A stretch of DNA of 64,000 bases from Squalus acanthias (Eukaryota): the NCBI GenBank assembly GCA_030390025.1, contig CM059432.1, positions 80,788,001-80,852,000 of the forward strand, read 5' to 3'. The position numbers were made by a program, and so were the translations under genes. Of this stretch, positions 12,732 to 25,751 are shown piece after piece. The first letter of the stretch is position 1, and each line of letters starts with the position of its first letter. The notes beneath the pieces were generated by a model, which searched no databases, was not told the DNA's origin, and saw only the letters and a program-made list of their open reading frames with translations.

Positions 12732-15000
12732 GGGGGCAAAATTCATTACCACCCAGGAATGGCGCTAACTTCTGAAAAGTTTGAGATTTAACGCCAGGTG
12801 CGAATGAATCTCGCTGCACGCAAAATTCAGTGTCACCGCTCAAGGAAAGGATGGGAGCGCTAAATCAAGCGCTAATGACCTAGCTCAGTGGTGTTAGACT
12901 CAAAGCGCTAAGCAATTTCAGGTGCAGTCTAATCGCTAGTCATCATTGCCACAGGCTCTTTCCAGTTCTAGGGGAGGTTCAATCATGCTGCAGAACCTCA
13001 TTCTCAGCATTGCTGGTTCTGCATCTGTCTCTAAAAGCAGCAGAAGGCCAAGGAGAAGGAACCGGACCACTGAAGGAGGTGTCATTATGGCAGATCAACC
13101 ACCCAGGGAGAGAGCTGGCAGATTCTGCGACCAAGCATTGGAGGCATTGGTCTTCGCTGTGGGGAGACGGGGGGCGGTGCTGTACCCGGCAAGTGGCAGG
13201 AGGCCCTCGCCGCAAGTCTTTCGTGCCATGTGCAGGGAGGTAGCCCAGCAGGTGTCGGGTAGCACTGTGTTCCCCAGGACCTACACACAGTGCAGGAAGA
13301 AATTTAACGACCTCACTCTGGTGGTCAGGGTGAGTCAATGCTTCAACAAATGCTACATACCACTGTGTGAACCTCAGTCTGCACACACTGCCCAAAGCAC
13401 CACACCCCAGCACTCACCCACCAACAATCTCCACCTACCAACACTCACACCCAGATCTCACACCTTGCACACAATGACAGCTATTCAACTATGGCAGGCA
13501 CATCTCCCAAACATATTGCTCCACACTCACTCACACACTTTCCTCTCTCTTGCAGGCCAAGGTCGCTCACAACTGGAGGGAGCAGGAGCCCACAGGTGGG
13601 GGACAAGCTGACACCCAACCACTGTCTGAGCTGGAGACTCGAGTGCTGCACATTATTGGGCACCAGGTGGTGGGCGCCGTGGCCACCGGCGACGTTGACC
13701 CCCATGGGGACAACAACGGTATGTTCATCCCTACTCCTTCTTCTCACATCCCACTTCCCCCTCACCCCACAAGCGTTTCGCACTTTCCAGCTAATCATGC
13801 TGTATGCATGCCTTTCTCCCTTCCTGACCCCTCCCCTCACCTTAACCCAAATCTTGTGCATTTATGCTTTCAGATAATGAGCAAGCACCTGAGCAGCCTG
13901 TCCCTGAGGGCACTGTAGAGAGCGAGGCAGGAGAAGAGGAGGAGGAAGAACACACCGCGTCACTGCATGTCTCACCCGCAGGCACCAGCTCAGATACTGG
14001 CTTTCGAGGCTAGCATAGTAGCGGGATCTGCACAGGGTGATGCACCGGGGACGAGTGGGCTGCAGCAAGGCCAGGGGGGAAAGGGTAGCTCGGGAGTCAG
14101 CTCCCCGGAGGGCGAGTTCGTGTGCGAGTTCTGCTGCACAGGACTCAGATGAGAACCTTGATGGGGAGGCCTTTAGAAGAAGGGTGATGGGCATGCACAC
14201 GGAGATGATAGGTGCAATGGCAAGGATGCTGGAGAGCCTCTCGGCAATGGTAAGGAGCGTGGAGGAGTCCGCCTCCAACATTGCACAAAGCTCTACGCAC
14301 ACCGTGGAGCCCATCATTTCCAGTTTGGAAAGGATGGTAGACTCCCAGAGAGACCGTGGCGACCCAGACCAGATGCTGCGTGTGATGGGCGATGTCGCAG
14401 CTTCCATTGCAGCACAGGCGGAAGCCACGCAACATCTTAGTGCTGTAATGCAGTCTATGCTTGGTGTCATCGATTCTCAGATTGCTCTCATGCAGTTTCA
14501 ACTTGATGGCCACGCAAGCTCTAACTGCTGCCATCATGGCTGGGTCGACAACCGTCCACCGGGGCTTTTACGGTGTCACAGCAGGCCAGCAATCTGTGCT
14601 GCAACAGATTGCTAGGGATGCTGAGGTGCTGCCCTGGGGAGTGTCAGTGGAGCAGGAAGCTGCTGTCCTCTCTCAGGATGACAGCACTCCTGCTCCCACC
14701 ATTGGCACTCCGCCGTTGCTCTTCTCGCTGCCTGTCATCCAGCCAGCCCAGACTGCTGCCGCCCATGCTGAGGTGGTGCAGTCTACAGCCGGGCCTTCCA
14801 GGCCCAGGGCTGGTCGAGGGTGTCCTGCAAGTCCATCTGAAGTCTCCCGCACGGACACTCAGCAGCCTTCCACCCGCCGTGCTGCAGCCACTGGGCCAAC
14901 ACGTCATAAGAGCACTAGAGTAGGCAAAGGCACAGTAACGAGGGGCGCTAAGGGATTGCACAAGGGTCAATAACTAATATTGTTGTTGTAAATATGTGTT
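12732..15000 (+). mobile_element. Truncated Harbinger element retaining one end and the Myb/SANT gene
   Basis: Starts with GGGGGCAAAATT and has GCGCTAA subterminal motifs. No second TIR or transposase was found. Confidence 0.75.
13087..14973 (+). pseudogene. Harbinger Myb/SANT-like gene copy, 3 exons (13087-13329, 13556-13718, 13874-14973), exon 3 frameshifted
   Basis: MADQPPRERAGRFCDQALEALV...RTYTQCRKKFNDL. Exon 2 is 163 nt, the same length as in the 62-kb copy. Exon 3 homology passes through three frames. Confidence 0.8.
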
Positions 15001-15883
15001 AAACATTTGGACAAAATTATTTAGAATGCTATTTTAATTGCATCATTAAACTGACCAAAATAATGGTGTTTGTACACGGTTTGAGATTTTTGATAATTTT
15101 TTTCTTCACAGAAAGCATTTGTGAATGTGTTACGTTCAAGTGCTATATTCTAGAACAAAGTGAATTCACACAGTTTTTTAAAAGTAGTCACATGCTGCAA
15201 GCATTGAAGATATGTATTGAAACCAGTCAAAACAGCACGTGGAATGTTGCAGCTCATCATCTATTTCAATCTGATACAATGTGGGTTAGTTATGATCCCA
15301 AGCCCATTAAGTCAAGGCGACTCCTATACATTTTAAGAATGGCAGGTGATGTTTTCTTTAAGCCCATGCCTCCAAGGGAGAGGAAAGACTGTCAGTTTTA
15401 TGGCTGTGTTTATTTGCAACACCAGCGGGTTAGACTATATTTCTGATTGGTCCCCTTGGAGGACAAGACACACCCAACAGTTTGTCTGGAATGTGTAATT
15501 TGATCCTGCCTGCTGTATAGCAGTCTACAATGTGTAATTTGATCCAACCTTGTCACTACCCTACAGAAAGTGGAAGTGTAGTTAGCTTTGTGAAGATCCT
15601 GATATCTAGTGCTCTGCAATTGTAATTATAGATGTCCTTGGCTGGTAAAATAAAATACTTTATATTCTAATTAGTGGGTTAGTTACTTCTTTGGAGTTTT
15701 GTTTTTTTTTCCTTCTGGAAGTGATAAAAATTCTTAAATTCAGAATGAAGGGACCGTGTATATGGGGTGCATGTGTGGGATGTGTGGGGTGCGTGTGTGT
15801 GTGGGGCCCATGTGTGTGGAGTCGTGTGTGTAGGTTTTGTGTGTGGGATGTGGGTTCCATATGTGGGGTGGGTGTGTATATCC

Positions 15884-15968
15884 AACCTTCTGACACACCA
15901 GCGAGTTCACACTGGGGAGAGACCATTCACCTGCTCCATGTGTGAGAAGGGATTTACTAATTCATCTG
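15884..15968 (+). other. Orphan C2H2 zinc-finger coding fragment
   Basis: Translates as [29 protein letters not shown], with a canonical TGERPF linker and two half-fingers only. Confidence 0.7.
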
Positions 15969-16109
15969 GTTGGAAAAACGTGATCCATGTTTAACAGAGG
16001 GGGGAGAACGTGATCCGTCATCCCATCTGGATCACATTCTCACTCTCACCCTGCTCCCTTTAGACCTGGATCATGTTCTTCCCCCATCTTCAGTGTTCTC
16101 TTCATGCTT

Positions 16110-16965
16110 TAAACCCCCCCCCCTTCCCATCCGCGAGTTCCAGACCTCCCCCCCCCCCACCGAGTTCCTGACCTCCCCCCGAGATCCTCTCTCCCCCTCT
16201 CCTCTCTGCCCCGCCCCCGAGTTCCTGACCTTCTCCCCACCCCTCACTCCGAGCTCCTGACCTTCTCCCTCTCCTCTCTTCCCCCGAGCTCCTCTCTCCA
16301 CCCCCTCCCCCAAGCTCGTCTCTCCCCCCCCTCCGATCTCCTCTCTCCCTCCCCCCGATCTCCTCTCTCCCTCCCCACGATTTCCTCTCTCTCTCCCCCC
16401 GATCTCCTCTCTCTCTCCCCCCGATCTCCTCTCTCTCCCCCCGATCTCCTCTCTCTCCCCCCGATCTCCTCTCTCTCCCCCCGATCTCCTCTCTCTCCCC
16501 CCGATCTCCTCTCTCTCTCCCCCAAGCTCGTCTCTCCCCCGCCCTCCGATCTCCTCTCTCCCTCCCCCGATCTCTTCTCCCCCCCCGATCTCCTCTCTCC
16601 CTCCCCCGATCTCCTCTCTCCCTCCCCCGATCTCCTCTCTCCCTCCCCCGATCTCCTCTCTCCCTCCCCCGATCTCCTCTCTCCCTCTCCCGATCTCCTC
16701 TCTCCCTCCCCCGATCTCCTCTCTCCCTCCCCCGATCTCCTCTCTCCCCCCCCGAGCATTCTCTCTCCCCCCCCGAGCTCCTCCCTCCCCACCCCGATCT
16801 CCTCCCTCCCCACCCCGATCTCCTCTCTCCCCCCCGAGCTCCTCCCTCCCCACCCCGATCTCCTCTCTCCCTCCCCCGATCTCCTCTCCCCCCCAGCTCC
16901 TCTCTCCCCCCCCGCTCTGAGCTCCTCTCTCCCCGCTGTCCCATCTCCTGATCCGAGCTCCTCTC
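16110..16965. repeat. C/T-rich minisatellite (~19-21-bp units, e.g. ctcccccgatctcctctctcc)
   Basis: Directly visible tandem array. It is the source of the long G/E/R low-complexity ORFs. Confidence 0.92.
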
Positions 16966-17432
16966 CACCACCAAGTCCAAAGAATTTAAATTTCCTCATT
17001 ACAAAGAGAGGATGGAGCCAGGTACCATTAACTCTCACGCTATAAACCAGAACTAAATTCAAATGATAAACACAAGCAAAACAAATATTATTATCATTCT
17101 GAAAACTCTGGCAGTAATTCAGCTACACCCAGTACAAATTGTTCTTAGTGAAAGTGACATAATCTTACTTGTGGTGCCCCGATCTGAAAACTGTTTGGAT
17201 CGATTTTACCCCATTTTTCTTTGACAAGAATTGCCTGTCTAATTAAATTTAGTAAATGATTTTTTTCTTTAACTATACACACAAATTATATTCCTAAGTA
17301 AATGAGATAAGACAAAACTGTTTAATACTTGAAATAGCTATTTTCTGCCTAAGGAAGTCTAGCCAGCCAGAGATTAGATGAGATGGAACTATGTAAAAGA
17401 GAAGTTTTTTATCTGTAGAGAGATCAGCCCTG

Positions 17433-19538
17433 GGGCTAGAAATTGGGTACCTTAGTACCTCCGGGGGAAGCAAATGACTTTTCGCCCAGGCGCAGCGCCA
17501 CGAACGACTCCCGGTAAATTCAGCGGGAGTTTAGCGGCAGTGGTAACTGGTAGCGCCCCGCGCCGCTGCGCAGGCGATGACAACATCATCACCGTGCGCA
17601 GCGCCTCGTTTTCGCCCCGCCTGCAAAATTGGCCCACGCCCCCTGAATCTGCGCCGGGCGATGACAGCGACCGATTTAGGGGATGGGAACGGAGCGGCAG
17701 GAGGCTTGCGGGGCACTAAGTAAAGGGGAGGTGGCGGGCGGGGAAAAATAAAATCGGCTGACTTACTTGTTGCGGCTCGTTGCGTCTTTGAACGCGGAGT
17801 CCGTGCCGCGACCTGGCAGTCCGGCACTCCTCTTGAGTGCTGGGCTGCTGGCATGGCACCCCGCTCCCCAGTGGTCCAGGTAGGACCCTGTAAGAACATA
17901 AGAACATAAGAAATAGGAGCAGGAGTAGGCCAATCGGCCCCTCGAGCCTGCTCCGCCATTCAATAAGATCATGGCTGATCTGATCCTAACCGCCAATCTA
18001 CTATCACAGAACCATCTCCTGAATCTAACAGAATTGGACACACGAAATAGGAGCAGGATCAGGCTACACGGCCCCTGGGCCTGCTCCACTACCTACAGGG
18101 CCATGACCGATCCGAACCTAGACTCATGTCCAAATTCCTGCCCGCTCCCCGTAACCCTTAATTCCCTTTACTTCTAGGAAACTGTCTATTTCTGTTTTAA
18201 ATTTATGTAATGATGTAGCTTCTACAGCTTTTTGGGGCAGCATATTCCATGGACCTACCACCCTCTGAGTGAAGTAGTTCCTCCTCATCTCAGTTTTGAA
18301 AGAGCAGCCCCTTATTCTAAGACTATGCCCCCTAGTTCTAGTTTCACCCATCATCGGGAACATCCTCCCCGCATCCACCCGATCCAACCCCTTCACAATC
18401 TTATATGTTTCAATAAGATCGCCTCTTATTCTTCTGAACTCCAATGAGCAGAGTCCCAATCTACCCAACGTCTCCTCATATGTCCATCCCCTCATCCCCA
18501 GGATTAACCGAGTGAACCTTTTTTGCACTGCCTCGAGAGCAAGGATGTCTTTCCTTAAGTAGGGACACCAAAACTGTATGTAGTATTCCAGGTGCGGTCT
18601 CACCAATACCTTGTACAACTGAAGCAATACCTCCCTATTTTTATATTCTATCCCCCTAGCAATGAAAGCCAACATTCCATTTGCCTTCTTAATCACTTGC
18701 TGCACCTGCATACTAACCTTTTGAGTTTCGTGCACCAGGACCCCCAGATCCCTTTGCACTTCAGTACTCTCCAGTTTCTTGCCATTAAGATAATAAATTG
18801 CTCTAGGATTTTTCCTGCCAAAGTGCATCACCTCACACTTTCCAGTGTTGTATTCCATCTGCCAAATCTCTGCCCACTTACTTAGCCTGTCTATGTCCCC
18901 TTGCAGGTTTTTTATGTCCTCCTCACTCACTACTTTCCCTCCCATCTTAGTATCATCTGCAAATTTTGATATGTTACACTTGGTCCCTTCCTCCAAATCG
19001 TTAATATAGATTGTAAAGAGTTGGGGACCCAGCACTGACCCCTGTGGAACACCACTAGTTACTGATTGCCAGTCTGAGAATGAACCATTTATCCCAACTC
19101 TTTGCTTTCTGTTAGATAGCCAATCCTCTATCCATGCCAGAATATTACCCCCAATCCCGTGATTTTTTACCTTAAGCAAGCAATAATCTTTTGTGTGGCA
19201 CCTTGTCAAATGCCTTTTGGAAATCTAAATACACTACGTCCACTGGTTCCCCTTTATCCACTCTATATGTTACTTCCTCAAAGTTGTGGGCTTGGGCCCT
19301 CCCCTTTAATGAGGGGAAGAGCCCTTCCACGCGGCAGCGCTACGTGGCCCAGTGCGTAGCACTGCAGAACGCACCATCCCGATATTCGGGGTTAGCGCTC
19401 TAAGAAAGAAGTGGAGCACTTGAATTCGCGCGCCACCTCCCTCTTGGGGCGCTAAAACTGAATTTCGCGGTCGCCAGCGCTAATTAGCGCCCAGGCGATG
19501 TTAGCGCCCCAAAATGGTCGATACTGAATTTTTCCCCC
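17433..19538. mobile_element. Harbinger-type MITE split by a CR1 insertion
   Basis: Ends GGGCTAGAAATT...AATTTTTCCCCC. The interior is similar to the MITEs at 35079 and 50105. Confidence 0.75.
17891..19281 (-). mobile_element. CR1 LINE, 5'-truncated (RT C-terminal half and 3' UTR)
   Basis: ORF with GVPQGSVLGP...YINDL...KFADDTK...RDLGV...VRPHLEY and a (TTCTTATG)n tail. Confidence 0.92.
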
Positions 19539-21545
19539 CAGAGCTTTAAAGAATTAACTGGAGACCACTTGCCATGATAAGATCTGTATTTAAGAATAAT
19601 GTGGGTTACAGTTTCTCTTGATTGTCTGATTGTGTTTATTCCGTGGAGAAATAGAACTCAAGGTTTTACATCATCAACTCCAAATGGCCCCATCAGCTCC
19701 AACAGCAAAGTAGCAAATGATACATCAACATATATCATAATGGATCAACATATTGAACCACATTGTTTTAAAATGGGGTAAGAAAGGGGAAGGTACACAC
19801 CAAGTCTAGGGCAAAGAATCAAAATTCTCTCATTACAAAGAGAGGATGAAAACATGTAGCATAAACTGAACCTGAACTAATTTCAAACGATAAACACAAG
19901 CAAAATAAATATTAATAGCATTATGAAAAACCTGGAAGTAATTCAGCTCCACTCAGTCCAAATTGCTGTGCTTTCAGTGAAGGTGATGCAATCTTAGTGT
20001 GGTGCCCCTACCTAAGACTGGATCGATTTTATCTCCTTTCTCTTTGACAAGAATTGCCAATATAATTAAATTATCTGGGAGAGATACATGCTTCCTCGAC
20101 TGTTGCTTACATTGAGCCTGTACAGAGATAAACCTTCAATTACAAAATAATTAGAATTGTATTCGTCCCAAAGAGTAAAAAAAAATTGTTATCAAGCAGA
20201 TGTAATTAGCAGTCAAAATACAGAATTAGGTTTCATACCATAAAGATCTGAGTGTTTTTTTTGGACTGTGACTGATGAAATGTGATCAAATAATTTGGAT
20301 GAGATACTGTACAATAAAGGAAATATGATCTTGTAAGAGTAGTAAGTGAAACAGTGTGACTGATGCAATGAAATGGAACTGATAAGGTATGAAAAACATG
20401 CCCTCTATAAGAGGTAAAACAAGAAATTTGAAAGCTTGCTGCCAAAACTGGTTTGCTTCAAGCATGTAGTGCCAATAAGATTTATTTTCATCTCCAAAAA
20501 TTTAATTTGTATTTGACTAGAAACTGCTACAAATTATATTGATACAGCATTTTTAATGTAATAAAATGTCCCAATGCACTAGAGGTGAAAACAGATGTTG
20601 AGCATTTCTGGGTGAAGAAATAGGGATGTAACTGAATGCAAGGTCAAAGAGGCAGGTTTCAGGCTGCTTTCGAAGTTATGGAGAGGTAGTAATGTGGATG
20701 AGTTTAGGGAAAGTATTTCAGACTGTGGGGCTAAGGTGGCTAAAGGCTGAACAGCAGTCAGGTCTTAGCTACTGATCTTAATTTCTAAGAATATAGTCAT
20801 TGGAGCCTTTTGATCTCGAGAAAAGATGATTTTGTTGTGGAAGTTATTTTAGACAATGTTCGAAAGAATGCGAGCGTAATGACATCCATTCATTTAAAAT
20901 TAATTTGAGATCATTGAACATTTAAAGACTGTTAGAGAGGTTGTGTGCCAGTTTTGGCCTTAGCTGTACAAAGTATTCTCAATTTTTTGCCTGTTATTGT
21001 ATTATGAAATGCTTTTTATCTACCTCCTTAATCCCGGCATTTATTTGACAGTATTTTGTCTTTTAGTTTATGGGGGTGAATTTCCTCGGGGCTTCTCCTA
21101 CTCCGCTGCCATAACTTAAGTGAAAGTTCAGCAGAAACCCCATTTAACATTTTTATTCAGCATTCCTGTTGGTTTCCCATGAGCATGGCCGTTAAAGATG
21201 CTTGCTTCATGTGGCTGCACTCCTGGGATGGAGTTCATACCAAAGTTCACCAGCTACGTCATTGCTGAGTTTCTTCATTTCAGAGCTTGTCCATAAAATG
21301 TGATTACATTTGGAAACATAATGGCCAGGATTTTGTGGTTAGCGGTAAACGAACGGCGCTAGCCGTTTATTACACTTACACTTGCCCACCGACTTTCTGT
21401 GGGCTTTTGCACTGGAACTTGTGGTTATTGGAAATCCAAAACACCGCAGCGCCCTCTACAGGGGATCTGGGACCTATGTGAACAGGGTAAGCAATTGTGT
21501 ATCTCCTTAACCAATCAAATTGAAGAATCCTTACTGAAACATGCA

Positions 21546-24500
21546 GGCCTAGAAATTGGATAACGCGGAAACAAAAGGACGCTGGTGCCGCGCTGCAAGA
21601 TATGCCCGTGCTCGTTCAAGGTCCGCCAGCAGCACATCAACTTTGTGGTGCCTGTTGATTATAATGAACGCGCTGCTGACAGGCTGTGCGCTCAGCAGGA
21701 GGCTGAAGTTCGCGTTGCTCGAGCAAGGCTGACTTTACTTAAATAACAACAGAAAACGCTGGAAAAACTCAGCAGGCCAGGCAACATCCGTGGAGAGAGA
21801 AACAGAGTTAACGTTTCAGGTCGAAAACCCTTTGTCAGAACTGAGAAAAAAGCAGGAAATGAAACAGATAAAAAAGCAAGTGGGAGGCTGGGGGGAGGAA
21901 TAAAAGAACAAAAGGGGAGGTCTGTGATAAGTAGAGACATTAAGAGATGCTCAAGGCGAGACGAGATGCTAATAGGACAGGTTAAGAAACAAAAGATGGC
22001 TCAGAAGTGTGAAGTGTGAAATGCTGGCAGAATGAAAGACAGCTGCAGTGGGGGAGAGAGAGAAAAAAAAAGGATAAAGGCACAAACCAAAAGGGTGGAT
22101 AAAATGTATATATATGGTAGGGGCCGAGGTTATGATCTGAAATGGTTGAACTCGATATTGAGTCTGGAAGGCTGTAAAATGCCTAATCGGAAGATGAGGT
22201 GCTGTTCCTCGAGCTTACGCTGAACTTCCGTGGAACAATGCAAGAGGCCGAGGACGGTGAGGTGGTCATCCAATCTGCATTTGGTCTCCCCAGTGTAGAG
22301 GAGACCACATCGTGAGCAGCGAATACAGTATACTAGATTGCAAGAAGTACAAGTAAATCGTTGTTTCACCTGGAAGGGGTGTTTGGGGCCCTGGAGAGTG
22401 GGAAGGGGGGATGTATAAGAGCAGGTGTTGCATCTCCTGCGCTTGCACGGGAAGGTGCCGGGCGAGGGGGAAGGGGTGCTGGGGGTGATAGAGGAGTGGA
22501 CTAGGGCGTCTCGGAGGGAGCAGTCCCTGCGGAATGCTGAAAGGAGAGGTGAGAGGAAGATACGTTTGGTGGTGGGATCACGTTGGAGGTGGCGGAAATG
22601 GCGGAGGATGATCCGTTGAATGTGGAGGCTGGTGGGGTGAAAGGTGAGGACAAGGGGAACTCTATTGTGGTTCCGGGAGGGAGGGGCCGGGGTGAGGGAG
22701 ATAGAACGGACACGGTCGAGGGCCGTGTCGACCACGGTAGAGGGCAATCCTCGGTTCAGGAAAAAGGAAGACATGTCGGAAGCACTGGTATGGAAGGTGG
22801 CATCATCGGAGCAGATGCGGCGGAGACGGAGAAACTGGGAGAAGGGAATAGAGTCCTTACAGGAGGCTTTACTTAAAACTAGCCTGTGCCTCTTTAAAGC
22901 AGTCTGCACCTCTTAAAGGCAGTCTGCACCTCTTAAAGGTGAGCTGCCTTCTGCAGATGAAAAATGGTTATAAGTACTAACCAAAATGGCTCAATAGTCA
23001 TGGGAAAGGGCACCCAGGTTCTCATACGCAGCACTCCAGCTTTGTGCAGGGGGTCAACACCGGAAGAGAGGTCCTCTACCCACAGGGGCCCAGGAGGCCC
23101 TCCAGAAAGAAGGATATGGAACCAGATCGCCGAGGCCATCACTGCCAGCAGTGTCGCCCCCGCAGGACCTAGCTCCAGTGTCCAAAGAATTTTCATGACC
23201 TCAGACGAGTGGTCAAGGTCAGTGAATGCATCTTCAAAAAACATCTCCTACCAACTGCACCACTAGCCTCACACACTGCTCAATGCATGACACCCCCCAC
23301 CTCCATCCATTACCTATCAACAATCGCTACCAAACACAAGGCACACCTCACATTTCTAGCTTCACCTCACTCCCTTGGAGGAGACGGTGATGGCCATCCT
23401 TGGCAGGGGCATGGCTGAGCCCTTGGCCAGCGGCGGGGCTGAAAGAATCCAAGATGCTGGTATCCTAATACATTATCCTCCTTCTCACATCCCACTTCCC
23501 CCTCATCCCACAATCTCTTCTGATTTACAAGCTGCACATGGTGTAAGCATGCACCTCATGCTTTACCCCACCTCCCCTCACCACAACCCTATCCATGTGC
23601 CTTCCTCACTTCAGACACCCAAGAAATCCAGCCTGCCCAGCGAATGGTTGACCAAGAAGAGGGAGAGGAGAGTGAAGAAGAAGAAACACTGTCACTCGAT
23701 TTCTCACTCCCAGCCACCAGCTCCTCGAGGTTGTCCTGCAAGGCCATCTGCAGTGTCCCCCACTGAAAGTCAGCAATCTTTCACCAGCCATGCTGCAGCC
23801 ACTGGGGTAGCACTGCATAAGAGCACTAGGATATGCAAAGGCACACGCAAGACACTCACTAAGGGAATGCACACAAAGGTGATTAGTTGATTTTTTGATG
23901 TAATATTGGATGCATATATGGATAAAATTGGATTGGCTTTTATTTCAGCATTTTGGCCAAGAGGACACTGTGATGGTCAGTAACAGAGGGAAGGTAAGGT
24001 GTGGGACTAATGTTGAAAGGGGAATTGGGGTTGTGTTCACTGGTACCGCAGGCGGATGATTCGATCCCGGGCAGAAATGGGCTGTCTAGGTTGCTTCCTT
24101 CCTTCCGCTTCGGCTTTTTCCTCTTCTGCTTCTTCTTCATCCTCCTCCTCTTCCTCCTCCACCTCCCGCTGTGAGCAGCTTGTCCCCTTTGCTGCCTCTG
24201 CTCCATCTCCATGTCATGCTGCAGCCCAAGGGGGACTGCAACTAGAGCCCCTAGGACTGGGTTGCAGAGGCCTTCCTTTAAGAACCAAAGCCTTGCAAAT
24301 GTTCAGCAGCACTCCCTGCACTCCCTTCACACTTTAACAACTTTTTAAATGCATTACACCAAGCCACTACTCCAATAAAATGTAAAGAAACCAGCAAAAA
24401 TCTAAACTTACCTGAAAGTTGTGTGTGTCCCTTTAAGCGCTGATAGGAGGTCCATCATACTGCTGCATGCACGTTCTGCCGTGCGTGCTTTGGAGAGGGT

Positions 24501-24741
24501 GTTAAAAGAAGCGACGACATCCAAAACACGAGATCGTACATCAATTCAGCATTGCACGCCGATTGACGTTACAATCTGGCTCATCTCCATGTCTGGAGCG
24601 TTCACAGGCAACGGCAGCGCTAATGACTTGCCTAAAATGGCGGCCGCCGGGTTCCACGCCGGAAGTGGGTGGAAGCGAGCCGGCAGCCATTTTTGCTTCA
24701 AAACCGGCCTTAACAGTGCAAACGGGCCCAATTTCACAGCC
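21546..24741 (+). mobile_element. Non-autonomous Harbinger derivative (deleted Myb gene plus transposase tail), nested
   Basis: Ends GGCCTAGAAATT...AATTTCACAGCC with flanks gca/aca. The interior is collinear with 1950-3920. Confidence 0.72.
21744..22866 (-). mobile_element. Penelope-like element fragment with 11-bp TSD
   Basis: ORF has SIPFSQFLRLRRICS...RVPLVLTFHP...CNLVYCIRCSRCGLLYTGETK. The TSD CTTTACTTAAA lies at 21733-21743 and 22867-22877. Confidence 0.88.
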
Positions 24742-25648
24742 ACAGAGCCTGAACCAGAAAGTGTAAATTAGAATAGTTAATTCAATGCCAAATCATGTAC
24801 AGAAAGCAAAATAGAGAGAGGAAAAGAAAGATGGGATTAAGAGAGAGAGATAAAAGAGACAGAAAGGAAAAGTTAAAAAAAATTGTGTTTATATTTTTTT
24901 AAATCACCAACAATAATTAAAATCTTAACGTAAAAGTTAACTTGTAAAAGTTGATTTTCAGTGCCAGAGAGCTTGTTTGACAGTAATTAAGACTTATCAC
25001 GTCGTTAAAAATTCACTAACACTTGAATGGACAAGCCCTAGCTTTTTCTGGCATGTTTAGTGGGTAAGCACCACAACTTCACGCCCTTCATGTATTTGAC
25101 TGCCAAGTCTCTGGACGAGATACTGTTATAGTACAGTTTCTGGAGGAGCACGGCATCTCTGACAACAACTTCCTGATTTCCACGTTGAACTGCCCATGTA
25201 CGGACACTGGAAGTTGTTGTCCAATTTACTGTTTAATAACGGTGAGTGCTGCTGGCCTCACTGTTATGTCTACCGCAAAATCTGGGCCATTGACTTCAGT
25301 TATCCCACCCTCTGGCAGGTATGCGGCTGCTGAGTGCAGTGGACATTCAGGTCAGTAGTCTAGAAATCCTACTAAGCAGTTGACAACCTTTCAGTTGAAG
25401 GTGGACATATATTGCATAATTACCGTAATTTCAGCAAGGGAGCCAAAACAAATAAAATGAAGATTTTAAAAGTGAGGAAACTTCAAAATTACATTTTGTT
25501 TGATATATTTTTAAAACTTCAATATAGTCTTTATGAAGAATGAGATTTTGTTGACAGCACATACGTAATATACTAACTCCAATTGTCTGAAAAATATATC
25601 TAACCCCAAAGGAATGGCCTTTGATTTAGTATCTTCCTTCTCTTCCAG

Positions 25649-25751
25649 ATGTACATTGAGTGTCACTCTGGAACAGGCAATCATTCTTGCAAGAAGTCAT
25701 GGGCTACCTCCGCGCTACATCATGCAGGCTACCGATATGATGAGGAAACAG
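25649..25751 (+). CDS. PREX2: PREX2 internal coding exon (C-terminal IP4P-like region)
   Basis: A polypyrimidine tract ending tcttccAG precedes the exon and a CAG|GT donor follows it. The 103 nt translate as (R)[34 protein letters not shown], which matches the PREX2 C-terminus as I recall it. Phase is compatible with the next exon. Confidence 0.93.

Larger units (their letters stand above)
21323..25288. mobile_element. MITE hosting a nested Harbinger derivative
   Basis: Inverted ends GGCCAGGATTTTGTGG...CCGCAAAATCTGGGCC. Confidence 0.6.

Noticed and set aside
13862..14970. Antisense ORFs overlapping the Myb-like gene and the transposases
   Set aside because: They are shadow ORFs of GC-rich coding sequence with no recognisable motifs.
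16071..17062. Long G/E/R-rich ORFs (260-292 aa) on the minus strand
   Set aside because: They are translations of a stop-free minisatellite that is open in all three frames, not genes.
17430..19541. Reverse-complement flanks (CTG/CAG; also AAT/ATT at 21320/25289) as a novel TSD mechanism
   Set aside because: Only two cases, each explained by a single substitution or boundary ambiguity. Most other elements have ordinary direct 3-bp TSDs.
1..25648. Additional upstream PREX2 exon(s)
   Set aside because: I found no segment encoding the expected preceding peptide with splice sites. It probably lies upstream of the window, though I may have missed it by eye.
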